From the IMG/VR virus record IMGVR_UViG_3300036770_008686, positions 32,001-96,000 of that record: a stretch of DNA of 64,000 nt, one strand, 5' to 3'. This document shows, piece by piece, positions 28,279 to 37,406 of this stretch; the stretch's first letter is position 1, and each line of letters opens with the position of its first letter. The notes beneath the pieces are model-generated. The model was given only the letters and a program-made list of their open reading frames with translations, did no database searches and had not been told where the DNA came from. Position numbers and translations under genes: made by a program. Source of the stretch: a virus.

Positions 28279-29178
28279 TTACTTTCTAACATTTGGATAT
28301 TTTTCTAAAAACCAATCTATAGTTCTTTTTAAGCCTATATTGAGAGGCGTAAAATCATAAGATCCTATTATACTTAATAATTTTTTATTACTGCTGTGTT
28401 TTCTTAATTGACCGTCAGGTGTGTCTTTTTTCCACATTATAGGACCATCATAACACATTAATTTGGCAATCAGATTGGCAGTTTGCTTTATAGAATATTC
28501 ATTAGAACTAGATATTATTACATTGTCTTCTTTAACATTTTTTTCAATTAAAAGATCAACTATATTGGAAACATCAAAAGAATACAAAAACTCTCTTAGT
28601 GGGTCGCCCGACCCCCAAACTTCGAAACACTCTGCCTTTTCTTTAGCTAAATAACATTTATGAATCAAAGAAGGAATAACATGTCCATTTTGTAAATTGA
28701 AGTTATCATTTGGACCATAAATGTTTGTGGGGGTTACACAAAAATAATTTAAACCGTATTGCTTATTATAAGATTTAACTTGAACTTCAACCATTCTTTT
28801 TGCATAAGCATATGCGTAATTGCTTTCATGTGGCGGGCCTAAATGAATTTTATCCTCTGTGAGCGGGTAATCGACTTCATCAGGGAAAATACACGTTGAT
28901 AAAAAACAAACAAGTTTTTTTACTCCCAATTTATAACAAACATCAATAATGTTTGTATTCATTCTTATGTTATCTATAAAAAACTCTGCTGGCCTGTTTA
29001 TGTTTGCACCTAATCCTCCGACCAAGGCAGCGGTGTGTATTACTACATCAGGTTCTTCTTTTTTAATAAGACTATATGTGTCATCATAGTTTCTCAAATC
29101 AAAACTAGAGTCAACTTTTATACCTTCTTTAAAACTAGAACCAACTAAACCAGATCCACCTGTTATTAACTTTCTCAA
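28279..29178 (-). CDS. fcl: GDP-L-fucose synthase
   Basis: TGGSGLVG, AALVGGLGAN, STCIFP, YAYAKR, NIYGPNDNF, HVIPSLI, WGSGDPLREF, PDGQ. Confidence 0.92.
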   Translation of the reverse strand: MRKLITGGSGLVGSSFKEGIKVDSSFDLRNYDDTYSLIKKEEPDVVIHTAALVGGLGANINRPAEFFIDNIRMNTNIIDVCYKLGVKKLVCFLSTCIFPDEVDYPLTEDKIHLGPPHESNYAYAYAKRMVEVQVKSYNKQYGLNYFCVTPTNIYGPNDNFNLQNGHVIPSLIHKCYLAKEKAECFEVWGSGDPLREFLYSFDVSNIVDLLIEKNVKEDNVIISSSNEYSIKQTANLIAKLMCYDGPIMWKKDTPDGQLRKHSSNKKLLSIIGSYDFTPLNIGLKRTIDWFLEKYPNVRK

Positions 29179-29308
29179 TTTTTTTCCTTTACAATTTAAT
29201 TTAATTGTATGAAATTTTAAACTTATTGCAAATTTAGATGAAAAACTATTATTGCAATTATTAAAAATAAAAAAAATATAAAAACAAAAATTTCAGTTAA
29301 AGTTCTAT

Positions 29309-29533
29309 TCAAAATTTATCAACCTTAGAAAAATCCTTGATTTTAACCCCTACTATCTCTCCAGTCTCCATGTTTTTATAAACATCAATATAATCATTCA
29401 TGGGTTCACAATAAAAAGAAGAGTCTTTCAAATAAACACTTACTTGGTCCATGGAAGTATTGTGAATAACGTATGGCATAAACTGCTTCCAATCCTTTGT
29501 TTTAGAAAATAAAGCATCTATTTCCTTGCTCAT
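29309..29533 (-). CDS. hypothetical protein
   Basis: 74 aa, ETGEIVGVKI. Confidence 0.6.
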   Translation of the reverse strand: MSKEIDALFSKTKDWKQFMPYVIHNTSMDQVSVYLKDSSFYCEPMNDYIDVYKNMETGEIVGVKIKDFSKVDKF

Positions 29534-30057
29534 AGTAGAAATCTTTCTCTCATAAAAACTATTGTGTTCTTAAAAATATTTGATAGTTGTTCAGACATAT
29601 TGAACCTCTTTTTATTATAGTCTATAGATTCTATTATGTCAATTTTGTTTTCTTTGGAATGTCTTTCATTGGCAGCCACCCAATCAACAAACATTTCCAC
29701 TATATCAAAAAGATTCATTCCATCTATTCCATTTTTATAGTGCTCGGGATGATGCGAATTCCTTGCATAATGATGGTCAAGTGCAGGTTTTAATTTTTTT
29801 AAAAAATCATTATATTCTTCAGTTCCATACTTAGAATTTTTCAAATACGGAGTATATTTATCAAAATAACTTTTCTCCGGTTCTCTTAGTTTTGATGAAT
29901 CGTGATTATTAGACCTCTCTAGCATTTCTATAACGAAAACAGAGAGAAGCGATGCGACTCTTTTTATATGAAGCAAAGTGTCCTTAGAACAGTCGTAAAT
30001 TTGACTGTCATCCTCTTCATCTTGTTGAGGATTTTCTTCCAAACTTATTTTATTCAT
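29530..30057 (-). CDS. DUF5662-like HD-related phage protein
   Basis: HDSSKL, HHYARNSHHPEH, EMFVDW. Confidence 0.75.
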   Translation of the reverse strand: MNKISLEENPQQDEEDDSQIYDCSKDTLLHIKRVASLLSVFVIEMLERSNNHDSSKLREPEKSYFDKYTPYLKNSKYGTEEYNDFLKKLKPALDHHYARNSHHPEHYKNGIDGMNLFDIVEMFVDWVAANERHSKENKIDIIESIDYNKKRFNMSEQLSNIFKNTIVFMRERFLL

Positions 30058-30111
30058 AACTAACCTATAGTATTATATATAACTTTTTTTCAAAAACAAA
30101 TAACAAAAAAA

Positions 30112-30131
30112 CCCCGCTCTTGCGAGCGGGG
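30112..30131 (-). terminator. intrinsic terminator
   Basis: ccccgctc-ttgc-gagcgggg with flanking A/T runs. Confidence 0.8.
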
Positions 30132-30219
30132 CTAAAAAAATCAGCGGATAACAAGCGCAATGTTATCTATCTAAGATCTTCAGGGGCTTGTAAAACCTTA
30201 GAAAAAACACTAATTTTTA

Positions 30220-30783
30220 TTAGTCGTGTTCATAAGTTTCTGTTTTTATTTGATCTTTAAAGACAGTTACTTTAACGTGATCTCCAAACATATTTTCAAA
30301 AGTACTTTTATCCACTACAGACATAATTTCTTCTATGTCTTTTAAAAAATTTAATCTTTTTTCTACTTCTTCAAGATTCAAAGTATTTAACTCTTCAATC
30401 AAATCTTTATTTCTTTTTATTTTCCATTCATTATCTTTTTTGTTTGATTCTAATTTTTTAATCTCTTTTTCAAGATCTTTTATAGACTTTTCTTTGTTAA
30501 GAAGACTCTTATAGGTATTCTCTAATTCATATACATAAACAGACTCTTCCTCTTCGTTTATGTATATCATATCAGAATATACATGGAACTCTGTTGGATC
30601 CCCGTCGTTCCAATACATTGTATATTGTGGCCAAGAAAAGCTTTCAAAGTCTTTATTCTTTTTGAATATTTCTTTGCAACCTTCTTTGAAGAGCTTTTCT
30701 CCGTCTTTTTCTAATTGACTTTGTAATTTACTTATTTTTTTTTGTGTATCTTCAATTTTTTGTTTTAAATTTTTTGTTGACAT
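30220..30783 (-). CDS. conserved phage hypothetical protein
   Basis: SFSWPQYTMYWNDGD...MFGDHVKVTV. Confidence 0.65.
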   Translation of the reverse strand: MSTKNLKQKIEDTQKKISKLQSQLEKDGEKLFKEGCKEIFKKNKDFESFSWPQYTMYWNDGDPTEFHVYSDMIYINEEEESVYVYELENTYKSLLNKEKSIKDLEKEIKKLESNKKDNEWKIKRNKDLIEELNTLNLEEVEKRLNFLKDIEEIMSVVDKSTFENMFGDHVKVTVFKDQIKTETYEHD

Positions 30784-30882
30784 TTTTTCTCCAAATGAAG
30801 CTGCCCTAGGATTGTATCGACTTTTATTTTTTTAGCAAGATCCAAGACAACTATTAACAATAGATTTGTAGTCAATCTAAAA

Positions 30883-30953
30883 AGGCACCTATCGGAGTCG
30901 AACCGATCTCTACGGATTTGCAATCCGCTGCCTAACCGCTTGGCTAAGGTGCC
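30883..30953 (-). tRNA. tRNA-Cys(GCA); CCA not encoded
   Basis: GGCACCT-TAGCCAAGCGGTTAGGCA-GCGGA TT GCA AA TCCGT-AGAG-ATCGG TTCGACT CCGAT-AGGTGCC-U73. Confidence 0.93.
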
Positions 30954-30958
30954 AGAAA

Positions 30959-31363
30959 TCAATCTAGATTCAAAACTTTTTTAATTTTCGTTTTTTCTAT
31001 TTTTTTAAAACTGCTGGGTGTGCTGTCTTTGGAATTATTCATCCAACTTTTTATCTCCATTTCCTGCAGATAATCTTGAGGAGTGGGTATGAATCTCATT
31101 CCAAAGTCTTCAAGAATATGTTGTTCGCCTATATCTCTAACAGAAACTTCCTTGTTATCACTATTTTTAATCACAACGCCAAATATAAGCTCTAGCGGTC
31201 CACCAGCAGATACAAACCAACTATTGTGAGTTAAGGCTCTATGGCGGTTGTCTCCAATTGATCCTTTGCTACTATCCATTAGGTTGTGAATAGGCAAATA
31301 ATCTTCTGGTTTACCACCATATATTCTGGCACTGTTTTTTGCGTGAACCCAAGGCTTGCTCAT
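30959..31363 (-). CDS. DUF6915-like protein (paralog of 36451..36813)
   Basis: HAKNSAR.YGG.PEDY..IH...D...HRAL.H...VR.IGEQHILED.G.IPT. Confidence 0.75.
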   Translation of the reverse strand: MSKPWVHAKNSARIYGGKPEDYLPIHNLMDSSKGSIGDNRHRALTHNSWFVSAGGPLELIFGVVIKNSDNKEVSVRDIGEQHILEDFGMRFIPTPQDYLQEMEIKSWMNNSKDSTPSSFKKIEKTKIKKVLNLD

Positions 31364-31590
31364 AAAATTTGATAATCGTCTTTGTAGGGCAAAATTCCCA
31401 GGATTCTTCCATTATCCCATTTGACGGAAATTTGGTCAAATTTTTTACTTCCATGTATGCTTACATGGGTAATTGTACCCTCTAACCCTACTGGTAAATC
31501 TTCTTCTGGCATCCAGATAGAGTCATCGTTTGTCATCGTTTTTAGTAACTTGATTCTTTTTCCAACTAAAGCATCTTTATAATTATTCAT
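31360..31590 (-). CDS. DUF4314-like small SH3-type protein
   Basis: GKRIKLL.M...PVG..GT...V.WDNG...; start moved to MNNYK. Confidence 0.6.
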   Translation of the reverse strand: MNNYKDALVGKRIKLLKTMTNDDSIWMPEEDLPVGLEGTITHVSIHGSKKFDQISVKWDNGRILGILPYKDDYQIL

Positions 31591-32371
31591 TTTCTTTGTC
31601 CCATTCATCAGTTTTAAGGCCTGTCCAAATATCTTTTCCGGCCAAATACCTTTCACGCATAATTTTGGCTCGATTTGTCATTATTTCTTCTTCCATTTTT
31701 TTAACACTCGAGTGTTGTTTGTTTTTAATAATTTCTTCTTTTTTTCTTAAATTTTTTATTTTAGAAACTTCACCATAAGATATTTTTATTTTTAAAGCAG
31801 ATAAGTGATATAAAATTTTATTTTTACTTATACTTATTTGATTTTGTTTATTCCATATATCCAACAATTCATCTGGCGTTTTTCCCTGCCAATTTTTGAT
31901 TAAAAAATCTTTAAATTTTTGAAGATTTTTCTTGTCAAACTTTTTTTGTTCTGTTTTCTTTGTTAATCCAAGACTTTGTAATTTTTTTTGTATAGCATTT
32001 TTACTATATGGAAGCAATTGCATTTCAAATATTTTTTTTAAAGACTTGTTTTCACCAACAAGTTTCACCAACAGCCTTTCATCTTTTTTCTTCCAAGGCC
32101 TCCTAGGTTTATTTTTTTCAAGCAAGCCTAACCTTGCCATCATTGTTCTTATAGATTGCCTTGATCTGTTAGGTAAAGGCAGATTATTCTTTAAAGCATG
32201 TATTTCTTCTTCTGACCATTTAAACTTTCTATGAAAAGTTACAGTAAATTTTTTCTTTTTTAGACCTAGTTGTATTTGCTTTCTTCTAATAGATTTTTTA
32301 GATCTTGTAGGAACATTTTTTTTGCTTAGTAATAAATCTACCTCGCTCTTAGTCCAGGGTTTGTTTGGCAT
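31583..32371 (-). CDS. DNA-binding protein with three Myb/SANT-like W-x-x-x-E repeats
   Basis: WTKSEVDLL, WSEEEIHAL, WKKKDERLL, each followed by RSxxSI or NAI. Confidence 0.6.
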   Translation of the reverse strand: MPNKPWTKSEVDLLLSKKNVPTRSKKSIRRKQIQLGLKKKKFTVTFHRKFKWSEEEIHALKNNLPLPNRSRQSIRTMMARLGLLEKNKPRRPWKKKDERLLVKLVGENKSLKKIFEMQLLPYSKNAIQKKLQSLGLTKKTEQKKFDKKNLQKFKDFLIKNWQGKTPDELLDIWNKQNQISISKNKILYHLSALKIKISYGEVSKIKNLRKKEEIIKNKQHSSVKKMEEEIMTNRAKIMRERYLAGKDIWTGLKTDEWDKENE

Positions 32372-32545
32372 TTCTTCCGTGAAATATATTAAATTTGTTT
32401 AGAATATTCTAAAGATTCCCAAAAACCACTCATACCAAGTTCTTGGCCTATCAGCCATCCATATCGTTTCGGCAATAACTTTATTTAACTCTTCTTTTGA
32501 AAGAGTTTGATTTAAGTCATTAAATTCAACTTTTTTCATGTCAAG

Positions 32546-32770
32546 CTATTTCTTAAAAAACTCTAGAATTGTTTTTTTATACACTTTAAGCATGTCCTTC
32601 TCAATATGTTGTTTTCGTATTTTACAAACTTCGCCATAAACCCATTGTAAATGACAAACTCTTCTTCTTGGGTTTTCTTTAAACCAAATAGGAATATTTA
32701 CCAAAGTATCTTGGTAATATTTGTCTATTTCCTCTTTTGACAACCTTTTATATAATAACAAACTGGCCAT
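32546..32770 (-). CDS. hypothetical protein
   Basis: 74 aa, WFKENPRRRVC. Confidence 0.6.
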   Translation of the reverse strand: MASLLLYKRLSKEEIDKYYQDTLVNIPIWFKENPRRRVCHLQWVYGEVCKIRKQHIEKDMLKVYKKTILEFFKK

Positions 32771-33402
32771 TAGAATTGATATTTTTTACTTGGGTGTCTA
32801 AACTTCATTTGCCAACCTTGATTGTTTCTTTGTGACCTACAATCTTGAAGTTTGGAATCTTTCTTTTTTAGAACAAAACCTTCATCAACATCTTTATCGG
32901 TAATTTCTTTAAATTTTTGATATATCTGCTGGTCGATATTCTTTGAAAGCCAAAATCTATCTTCTATCACATAATGAGAATATGCTTTGGGTTTTTCTTC
33001 GGCTTTGAATAAGTCTAGAAGAATTTTTTGCCTACTCTCAAAAGTTTCTCCGCATAGTTCTTTTCCTTCATTAACCAATATATCAAAAATGTAAATAGTA
33101 TCTTTTATACTAGTCGTTTTAGAGTGAATAACTTCTCCAACAAAGTAATACCAAAAGTCTTTTTTTAAGTACTTAGAAAAACAATCGTGAAAGTACGGAG
33201 AAAAAGTCCATTGCTTATGACTGTCTTTGTGTCTAGTCATGCTTATGAAAGTGTCAGGGCACTTTATTGCGAAAATGCTACAGGTGCCATTTTTTTTATA
33301 TTGACCTACATAGCCATTTTTTTCATAAAAAACAATTCTGTCTGGAGTAAGAGCATTTTCTGGTCGGGGTGGCCAAAGATATTCAAATTCTTCATACATC
33401 AA
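32770..33402 (-). CDS. stand-alone ligase-type nucleotidyltransferase domain (RNA ligase or capping-enzyme-like)
   Basis: Motif I QYKKNG, III VGE, IIIa IFDIL, IV DEGFVLK, V MKFR; no OB domain. Confidence 0.75.
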   Translation of the reverse strand: MMYEEFEYLWPPRPENALTPDRIVFYEKNGYVGQYKKNGTCSIFAIKCPDTFISMTRHKDSHKQWTFSPYFHDCFSKYLKKDFWYYFVGEVIHSKTTSIKDTIYIFDILVNEGKELCGETFESRQKILLDLFKAEEKPKAYSHYVIEDRFWLSKNIDQQIYQKFKEITDKDVDEGFVLKKKDSKLQDCRSQRNNQGWQMKFRHPSKKYQF

Positions 33403-33860
33403 TGTGTTCCTTTTGTCAGACTTACGCCGTGCTTTATTCCGTCGATAAAACTATCTAATTCATACCCGATATCATCAGAGGTATACTTTCCTAAAATTAT
33501 ACCTATCTCATTACCCAAGTCGCTAATATCGCCTCTAACAGCAACAGTTCTCAAATGAATCAACAGGTCCTCTATAATATCTTCTAAAGCAGGAGATAGC
33601 TCCTCTTCTGCTTTTTCTTCAATAATAGGCTTCTCAGTTGCTTTGATTATTTGTTCTGCTATCCATTTCAGACCGTCGAGGGTTTCACTTCCAACACTTA
33701 ATTCAGTTGTGCCTATTATTTTGTCTTCATCATCATAATAAACTTCTTTAACAAGAAAATAATCCTCTCCTAAGTTTTGATTTTTTAGATTGCAAACTCT
33801 ATGATTCCAGGTCATTTTACCTTCCATTTTTTTGTGCATTGTGAAACTTAATAATAGCAT
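33399..33860 (-). CDS. hypothetical protein
   Basis: MTWNHRV...EVYYD motif, shared in style with 42016..42297. Confidence 0.6.
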   Translation of the reverse strand: MLLLSFTMHKKMEGKMTWNHRVCNLKNQNLGEDYFLVKEVYYDDEDKIIGTTELSVGSETLDGLKWIAEQIIKATEKPIIEEKAEEELSPALEDIIEDLLIHLRTVAVRGDISDLGNEIGIILGKYTSDDIGYELDSFIDGIKHGVSLTKGTH

Positions 33861-34035
33861 CAGCCGCTTGGGCTGCTTCTTTGTCGTTATAGCCTTCCAT
33901 TTTTATTCTTTGTTTGACGTAGTTATATTCTTTGCTATTGCTATGAGAAGAAGTGGTAGAGGAAGAATTAGAGCCAAACATAGCAGAAATAACAGCCAAA
34001 ATTATAACTACCCAAAATAAAGTTTTACCGTTCAT
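33817..34035 (-). CDS. small exported or membrane protein
   Basis: N-terminal TM segment; aaggag RBS. Confidence 0.65.
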   Translation of the reverse strand: MNGKTLFWVVIILAVISAMFGSNSSSTTSSHSNSKEYNYVKQRIKMEGYNDKEAAQAADAIIKFHNAQKNGR

Positions 34036-34114
34036 TTTTTCTCCTTATAAGGTGGTTTTCAGAAAAACGTACCGAGTTTTCGAGGAAAATTAGTTTTAAA
34101 ACGTATATAATTTT

Positions 34115-34333
34115 ATGATAAGTTTTAAAGAATATGTTAAAAAAGTTTTCGGTGAAGATTTAGTTGGAATTTATCCTCCTTTGTATGGTGGCGTAGGAAA
34201 CTACCCCAAAAGCTACTTTACTACATACACACCTTACATTGATGCATCAAGAAAAGTAAAAACAAATCCTCCAAATAAGAAAAAAAGAAAGAAGAAAAAA
34301 AAGTCAAGAAGATCAAAAAGAAAGTCAACATAA
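34115..34333 (+). CDS. small basic protein with capsid-targeting-like N-terminus
   Basis: MISFKEYV...; K/R-rich tail; TATATAA 4 nt upstream. Confidence 0.6.
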   Translation: MISFKEYVKKVFGEDLVGIYPPLYGGVGNYPKSYFTTYTPYIDASRKVKTNPPNKKKRKKKKKSRRSKRKST

Positions 34334-35245
34334 AGGATCATACAAAGGACAATTTTTATTTAAGTATTTTAAAGCTTCGAGTTTTATCTGTCTAACTCTT
34401 TCTCTTGTAATATGCAACTCACTTCCTATCTCTTTTAGAGTTTTGCCGACACCTTCACTATCTATTCCGTAGTAGTCTTTAAGAACTTTTATTTTAACAT
34501 CAGGTCGATGTATTTTTTTATTTTCTTTAAGTTTTTCCAACAAACTATGAAGGAAAGCTTTATTATATTTGTCGTTAATAAATGAGAAATCACTTCCTTT
34601 TTCATCTACTGCGACGATTTTATTCTCAGACAACTTTTCTTGTTGCCGCTTACTATTGATGTAATCTCTATGAAGATTAGATTGCAAAACCCTGGTGCAA
34701 TAAGTTGAGAACTTGTATCCCATCCTATAATCAAAAAGATCAACAGCCTTTAGCACATGACAATAGCCATTGGAAAAAAATTCGTCTCTTTCAAAAGTAT
34801 CGCTAGAGTGGTATCTGTGAACTCTCTTAAATATCAATCTTAAATTAGACTTAATAATGATGTTTCTTGTTTCTTGGGCTGTTCTTATTAGTCTTTCTAT
34901 TTCTTTTAAAGATTTTTCTCCAAGTCTTTCAATATTAACAGGTTTACTATATTTTGGGCCGTCTTTAGACTCTTCAAAACCCAAAGTCAACTTTGTAATT
35001 CTGTATTTTAAATAATTTAATTTTCTAAACAAATGTTCTTCTTGCTCTCTAGTTAATAGAGGAGAGCAGTTAAACAAATTGTTTTCTTTTGTTTTCTTGT
35101 AACAAAGATTTATGTCTTCTAAAATTTTGTTTCTACTTGAAGATTCAAAGACTTTTTCAAAATAAAATCTCTTTGGCAAAGAATCTAATATTTTTTGAAT
35201 TCTAATTTTTTTGTCCATTTTAGTCAAGGTTTTTTGAGTATTCAA
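34325..35245 (-). CDS. RNA polymerase sigma-70 family factor
   Basis: LLTREQEEHLFRK (1.2), SNLRLI, AVDLFDYRMGYKFSTY (2.3), TLKEIG...TRERVRQI (4.2). Confidence 0.9.
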   Translation of the reverse strand: MNTQKTLTKMDKKIRIQKILDSLPKRFYFEKVFESSSRNKILEDINLCYKKTKENNLFNCSPLLTREQEEHLFRKLNYLKYRITKLTLGFEESKDGPKYSKPVNIERLGEKSLKEIERLIRTAQETRNIIIKSNLRLIFKRVHRYHSSDTFERDEFFSNGYCHVLKAVDLFDYRMGYKFSTYCTRVLQSNLHRDYINSKRQQEKLSENKIVAVDEKGSDFSFINDKYNKAFLHSLLEKLKENKKIHRPDVKIKVLKDYYGIDSEGVGKTLKEIGSELHITRERVRQIKLEALKYLNKNCPLYDPLC

Positions 35246-35588
35246 ACTTTATGATTTCGTAATCTCTTTCTTCTATTTTAAACTTTATAAAACCAAAGCT
35301 TCCAAAATCATCTTTGTAATTTATCGGTATACAACTTTTCAAAAATTTCTCTAAATAAAAGGGCAATCCATTGTGAAGAGAAATTGTTTCTATGTGTTTT
35401 TGATTAGAGACCAACGCATCGTGAATCTCTATATCCTCGTTATCAGAGTTCCAACAAAACGAATTAAATTCTTCAAAGTTATTTTGAGCGGCCCAATCTG
35501 CTTGTATTTCTACTATCCCGATTTCTTTAAATATGTCAAAAAACTCATCTAGGTCACTGCTTTTGAAATCCTTTATTACAAACATCAA
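35220..35588 (-). CDS. hypothetical protein
   Basis: 122 aa ORF. Confidence 0.55.
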   Translation of the reverse strand: MMFVIKDFKSSDLDEFFDIFKEIGIVEIQADWAAQNNFEEFNSFCWNSDNEDIEIHDALVSNQKHIETISLHNGLPFYLEKFLKSCIPINYKDDFGSFGFIKFKIEERDYEIIKFEYSKNLD

Positions 35589-35620
35589 AAATCCCTTTCT
35601 GAAGAGTTTGGTTCATTAAC

Positions 35621-36109
35621 TTAGTAAGAATAAACAGTCCAAGTAGTTTTTTCAATTTTTTTTAAGCCCATTGCCTTTGCAACAGCTTCACCTTTTTTTG
35701 ACATTTTAGTCTCAAAAAGATCTGTGTCGTTGAAAACAACACAAACAGTTTCTATGGGCACTTCATATCCGCTGTATCTACTTGATGTGAAGTACTCAAA
35801 ACTTATTTCTGGTAGGTTTTTAAACTTTGTTTTTTCAACAATAACGTTCCAAATATTAATTAGCAAACTTTGTTCAGAAACGTATTCATTATTAACTTGC
35901 TTTTGGCAAAAACTAACAAACCAACTTTTTAATTCATAAATGTCTTCGATATCATTTATGAAATCGTGTTCTTCTTTGTTTTCAATAATAGATTTTAGCT
36001 CAGAAACTAAAAGAGAAATTTTCTTTTTATTGAAACCTTTAAAAAAAAGATCTACGGCATCGTCTATAGAAAACAAAATGCCACTACTAACATATATGTC
36101 TGTTCCCAT
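35621..36109 (-). CDS. hypothetical protein
   Basis: 162 aa ORF. Confidence 0.65.
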   Translation of the reverse strand: MGTDIYVSSGILFSIDDAVDLFFKGFNKKKISLLVSELKSIIENKEEHDFINDIEDIYELKSWFVSFCQKQVNNEYVSEQSLLINIWNVIVEKTKFKNLPEISFEYFTSSRYSGYEVPIETVCVVFNDTDLFETKMSKKGEAVAKAMGLKKIEKTTWTVYSY

Positions 36110-36111
36110 AA

Positions 36112-36309
36112 CTAAAACATCCTAGGCGAACATTTTTTACAAGGACAACTAATCATATGAATGCACGAACCTAAGCCGTCTTTCCTAACGCCGGTTCCGT
36201 CACAAGAAGAACAATTATCGTGCAAGCAAGAACTATCTTTATTCCAAACTTTATTCCAGTCTTTGGGAAAATCTATTTTATTTATCGATTCTTGTAAAAA
36301 TATGTCCAT
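36112..36309 (-). CDS. small Cys-rich protein
   Basis: CLHDNCSSCDGTG...CIHMISCPCKKCSP. Confidence 0.65.
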   Translation of the reverse strand: MDIFLQESINKIDFPKDWNKVWNKDSSCLHDNCSSCDGTGVRKDGLGSCIHMISCPCKKCSPRMF

Positions 36310-36450
36310 AAAGATTATTTGTAATTATTAGATCAAAAATCAAAATTTGAAACAAGCCAAGATCGTAACAAAAGGAAAAGCTTGAGTCAATACCTTTTCA
36401 GAACTTTTTTTACAACCCAAATTTCTCATCTTATCCAAATTAACAAGAAC

Positions 36451-36813
36451 TCATTTTTCGCACAACTCTTCTTCTTCTGGATTTTTGAAATTTTTATTGC
36501 CTAGCATCCAGGGTTCTATTTTTATCTTATTGAAAAATTGTGCAATTGTTGGTATGAATCCAAAATCTTCTATCACATGCTGTTCTCCTACCAATCTAAC
36601 GGGAATTTTTCTTCCAGTTGATATAGTGATAGTAGAGCCAAAGATCTTTTCAGATAAAAAAATACCCTCACTGTGATGTCTTAAAGCCCTATGTCTAATG
36701 TCTGCCATATGGGCCTTGCTTTCATCAAACCAATTATGTATAGGCAAATAATCTTCCGGAGTTCCTCCCCACTTTTTAGAACTACTAACCGCATGGTGAT
36801 AGGAATGTGCCAT
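36451..36813 (-). CDS. DUF6915-like protein
   Basis: HAVSSSKKWGG.PEDY..IH.WFD...HRALRHH...VRLVGEQHVIEDFG.IPT. Confidence 0.78.
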   Translation of the reverse strand: MAHSYHHAVSSSKKWGGTPEDYLPIHNWFDESKAHMADIRHRALRHHSEGIFLSEKIFGSTITISTGRKIPVRLVGEQHVIEDFGFIPTIAQFFNKIKIEPWMLGNKNFKNPEEEELCEK

Positions 36814-37083
36814 TTAGCTTCCTTGAATAATTTTAAGGGAGCCATCAACGACTTTTACAAAATAACTATGAGCTATTTTCCTTTTAGTCAAATTATCCTT
36901 ATCAAATTCACACCAGATATTAACTCTATATGCATTGTCATAGACATTTATGGCTTTAATTTTAAGATACTTTTTTGGCTTTTCAACTTGTTGGAAAAGC
37001 AAATCTAAAACATATTGTTCAGTAATATTTTTTGGCATTTCTTCCACCTGATCCTCAACATTATTTATTACTGCTTCCATCAT
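36814..37083 (-). CDS. hypothetical protein
   Basis: 89 aa, NVYDNAYRVNIW. Confidence 0.65.
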   Translation of the reverse strand: MMEAVINNVEDQVEEMPKNITEQYVLDLLFQQVEKPKKYLKIKAINVYDNAYRVNIWCEFDKDNLTKRKIAHSYFVKVVDGSLKIIQGS

Positions 37084-37106
37084 TTCTTATATCTCCAAGG
37101 GTTAAA

Positions 37107-37334
37107 TTAACGGGCTCTAACAAACGCTCTTTTGGCTATTCTTTTTACTTCTGGATCGTTAGGCAAAACAACAAGTTGGGGTGCCGTTTTGTGTCCATAG
37201 TCCATAAATCCTTCAAGTTTAGATTCAGAAGAACAATTAACACAAGTAATTTCACGATTAGTTTCTAACAAAAATTCGCATCTTTCAATAGGAATTTCAT
37301 TCAAGCAAAAAATGCAATTCATATCATCACTCAA
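37107..37334 (-). CDS. DksA/TraR-type C4 zinc-finger protein
   Basis: CIFC.NEIPIER...TCVNC spacing. Confidence 0.55.
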   Translation of the reverse strand: MSDDMNCIFCLNEIPIERCEFLLETNREITCVNCSSESKLEGFMDYGHKTAPQLVVLPNDPEVKRIAKRAFVRAR

Positions 37335-37406
37335 ATAATACTACCCAAATAGAAAATACACGAATACAAGGATGGCACGTACCCACCCACTCGCTTGAAA
37401 TACAAT

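Noticed and set aside
30765-30962. 65-aa ORF
   Set aside because: Spans tRNA-Cys; a translation artefact.
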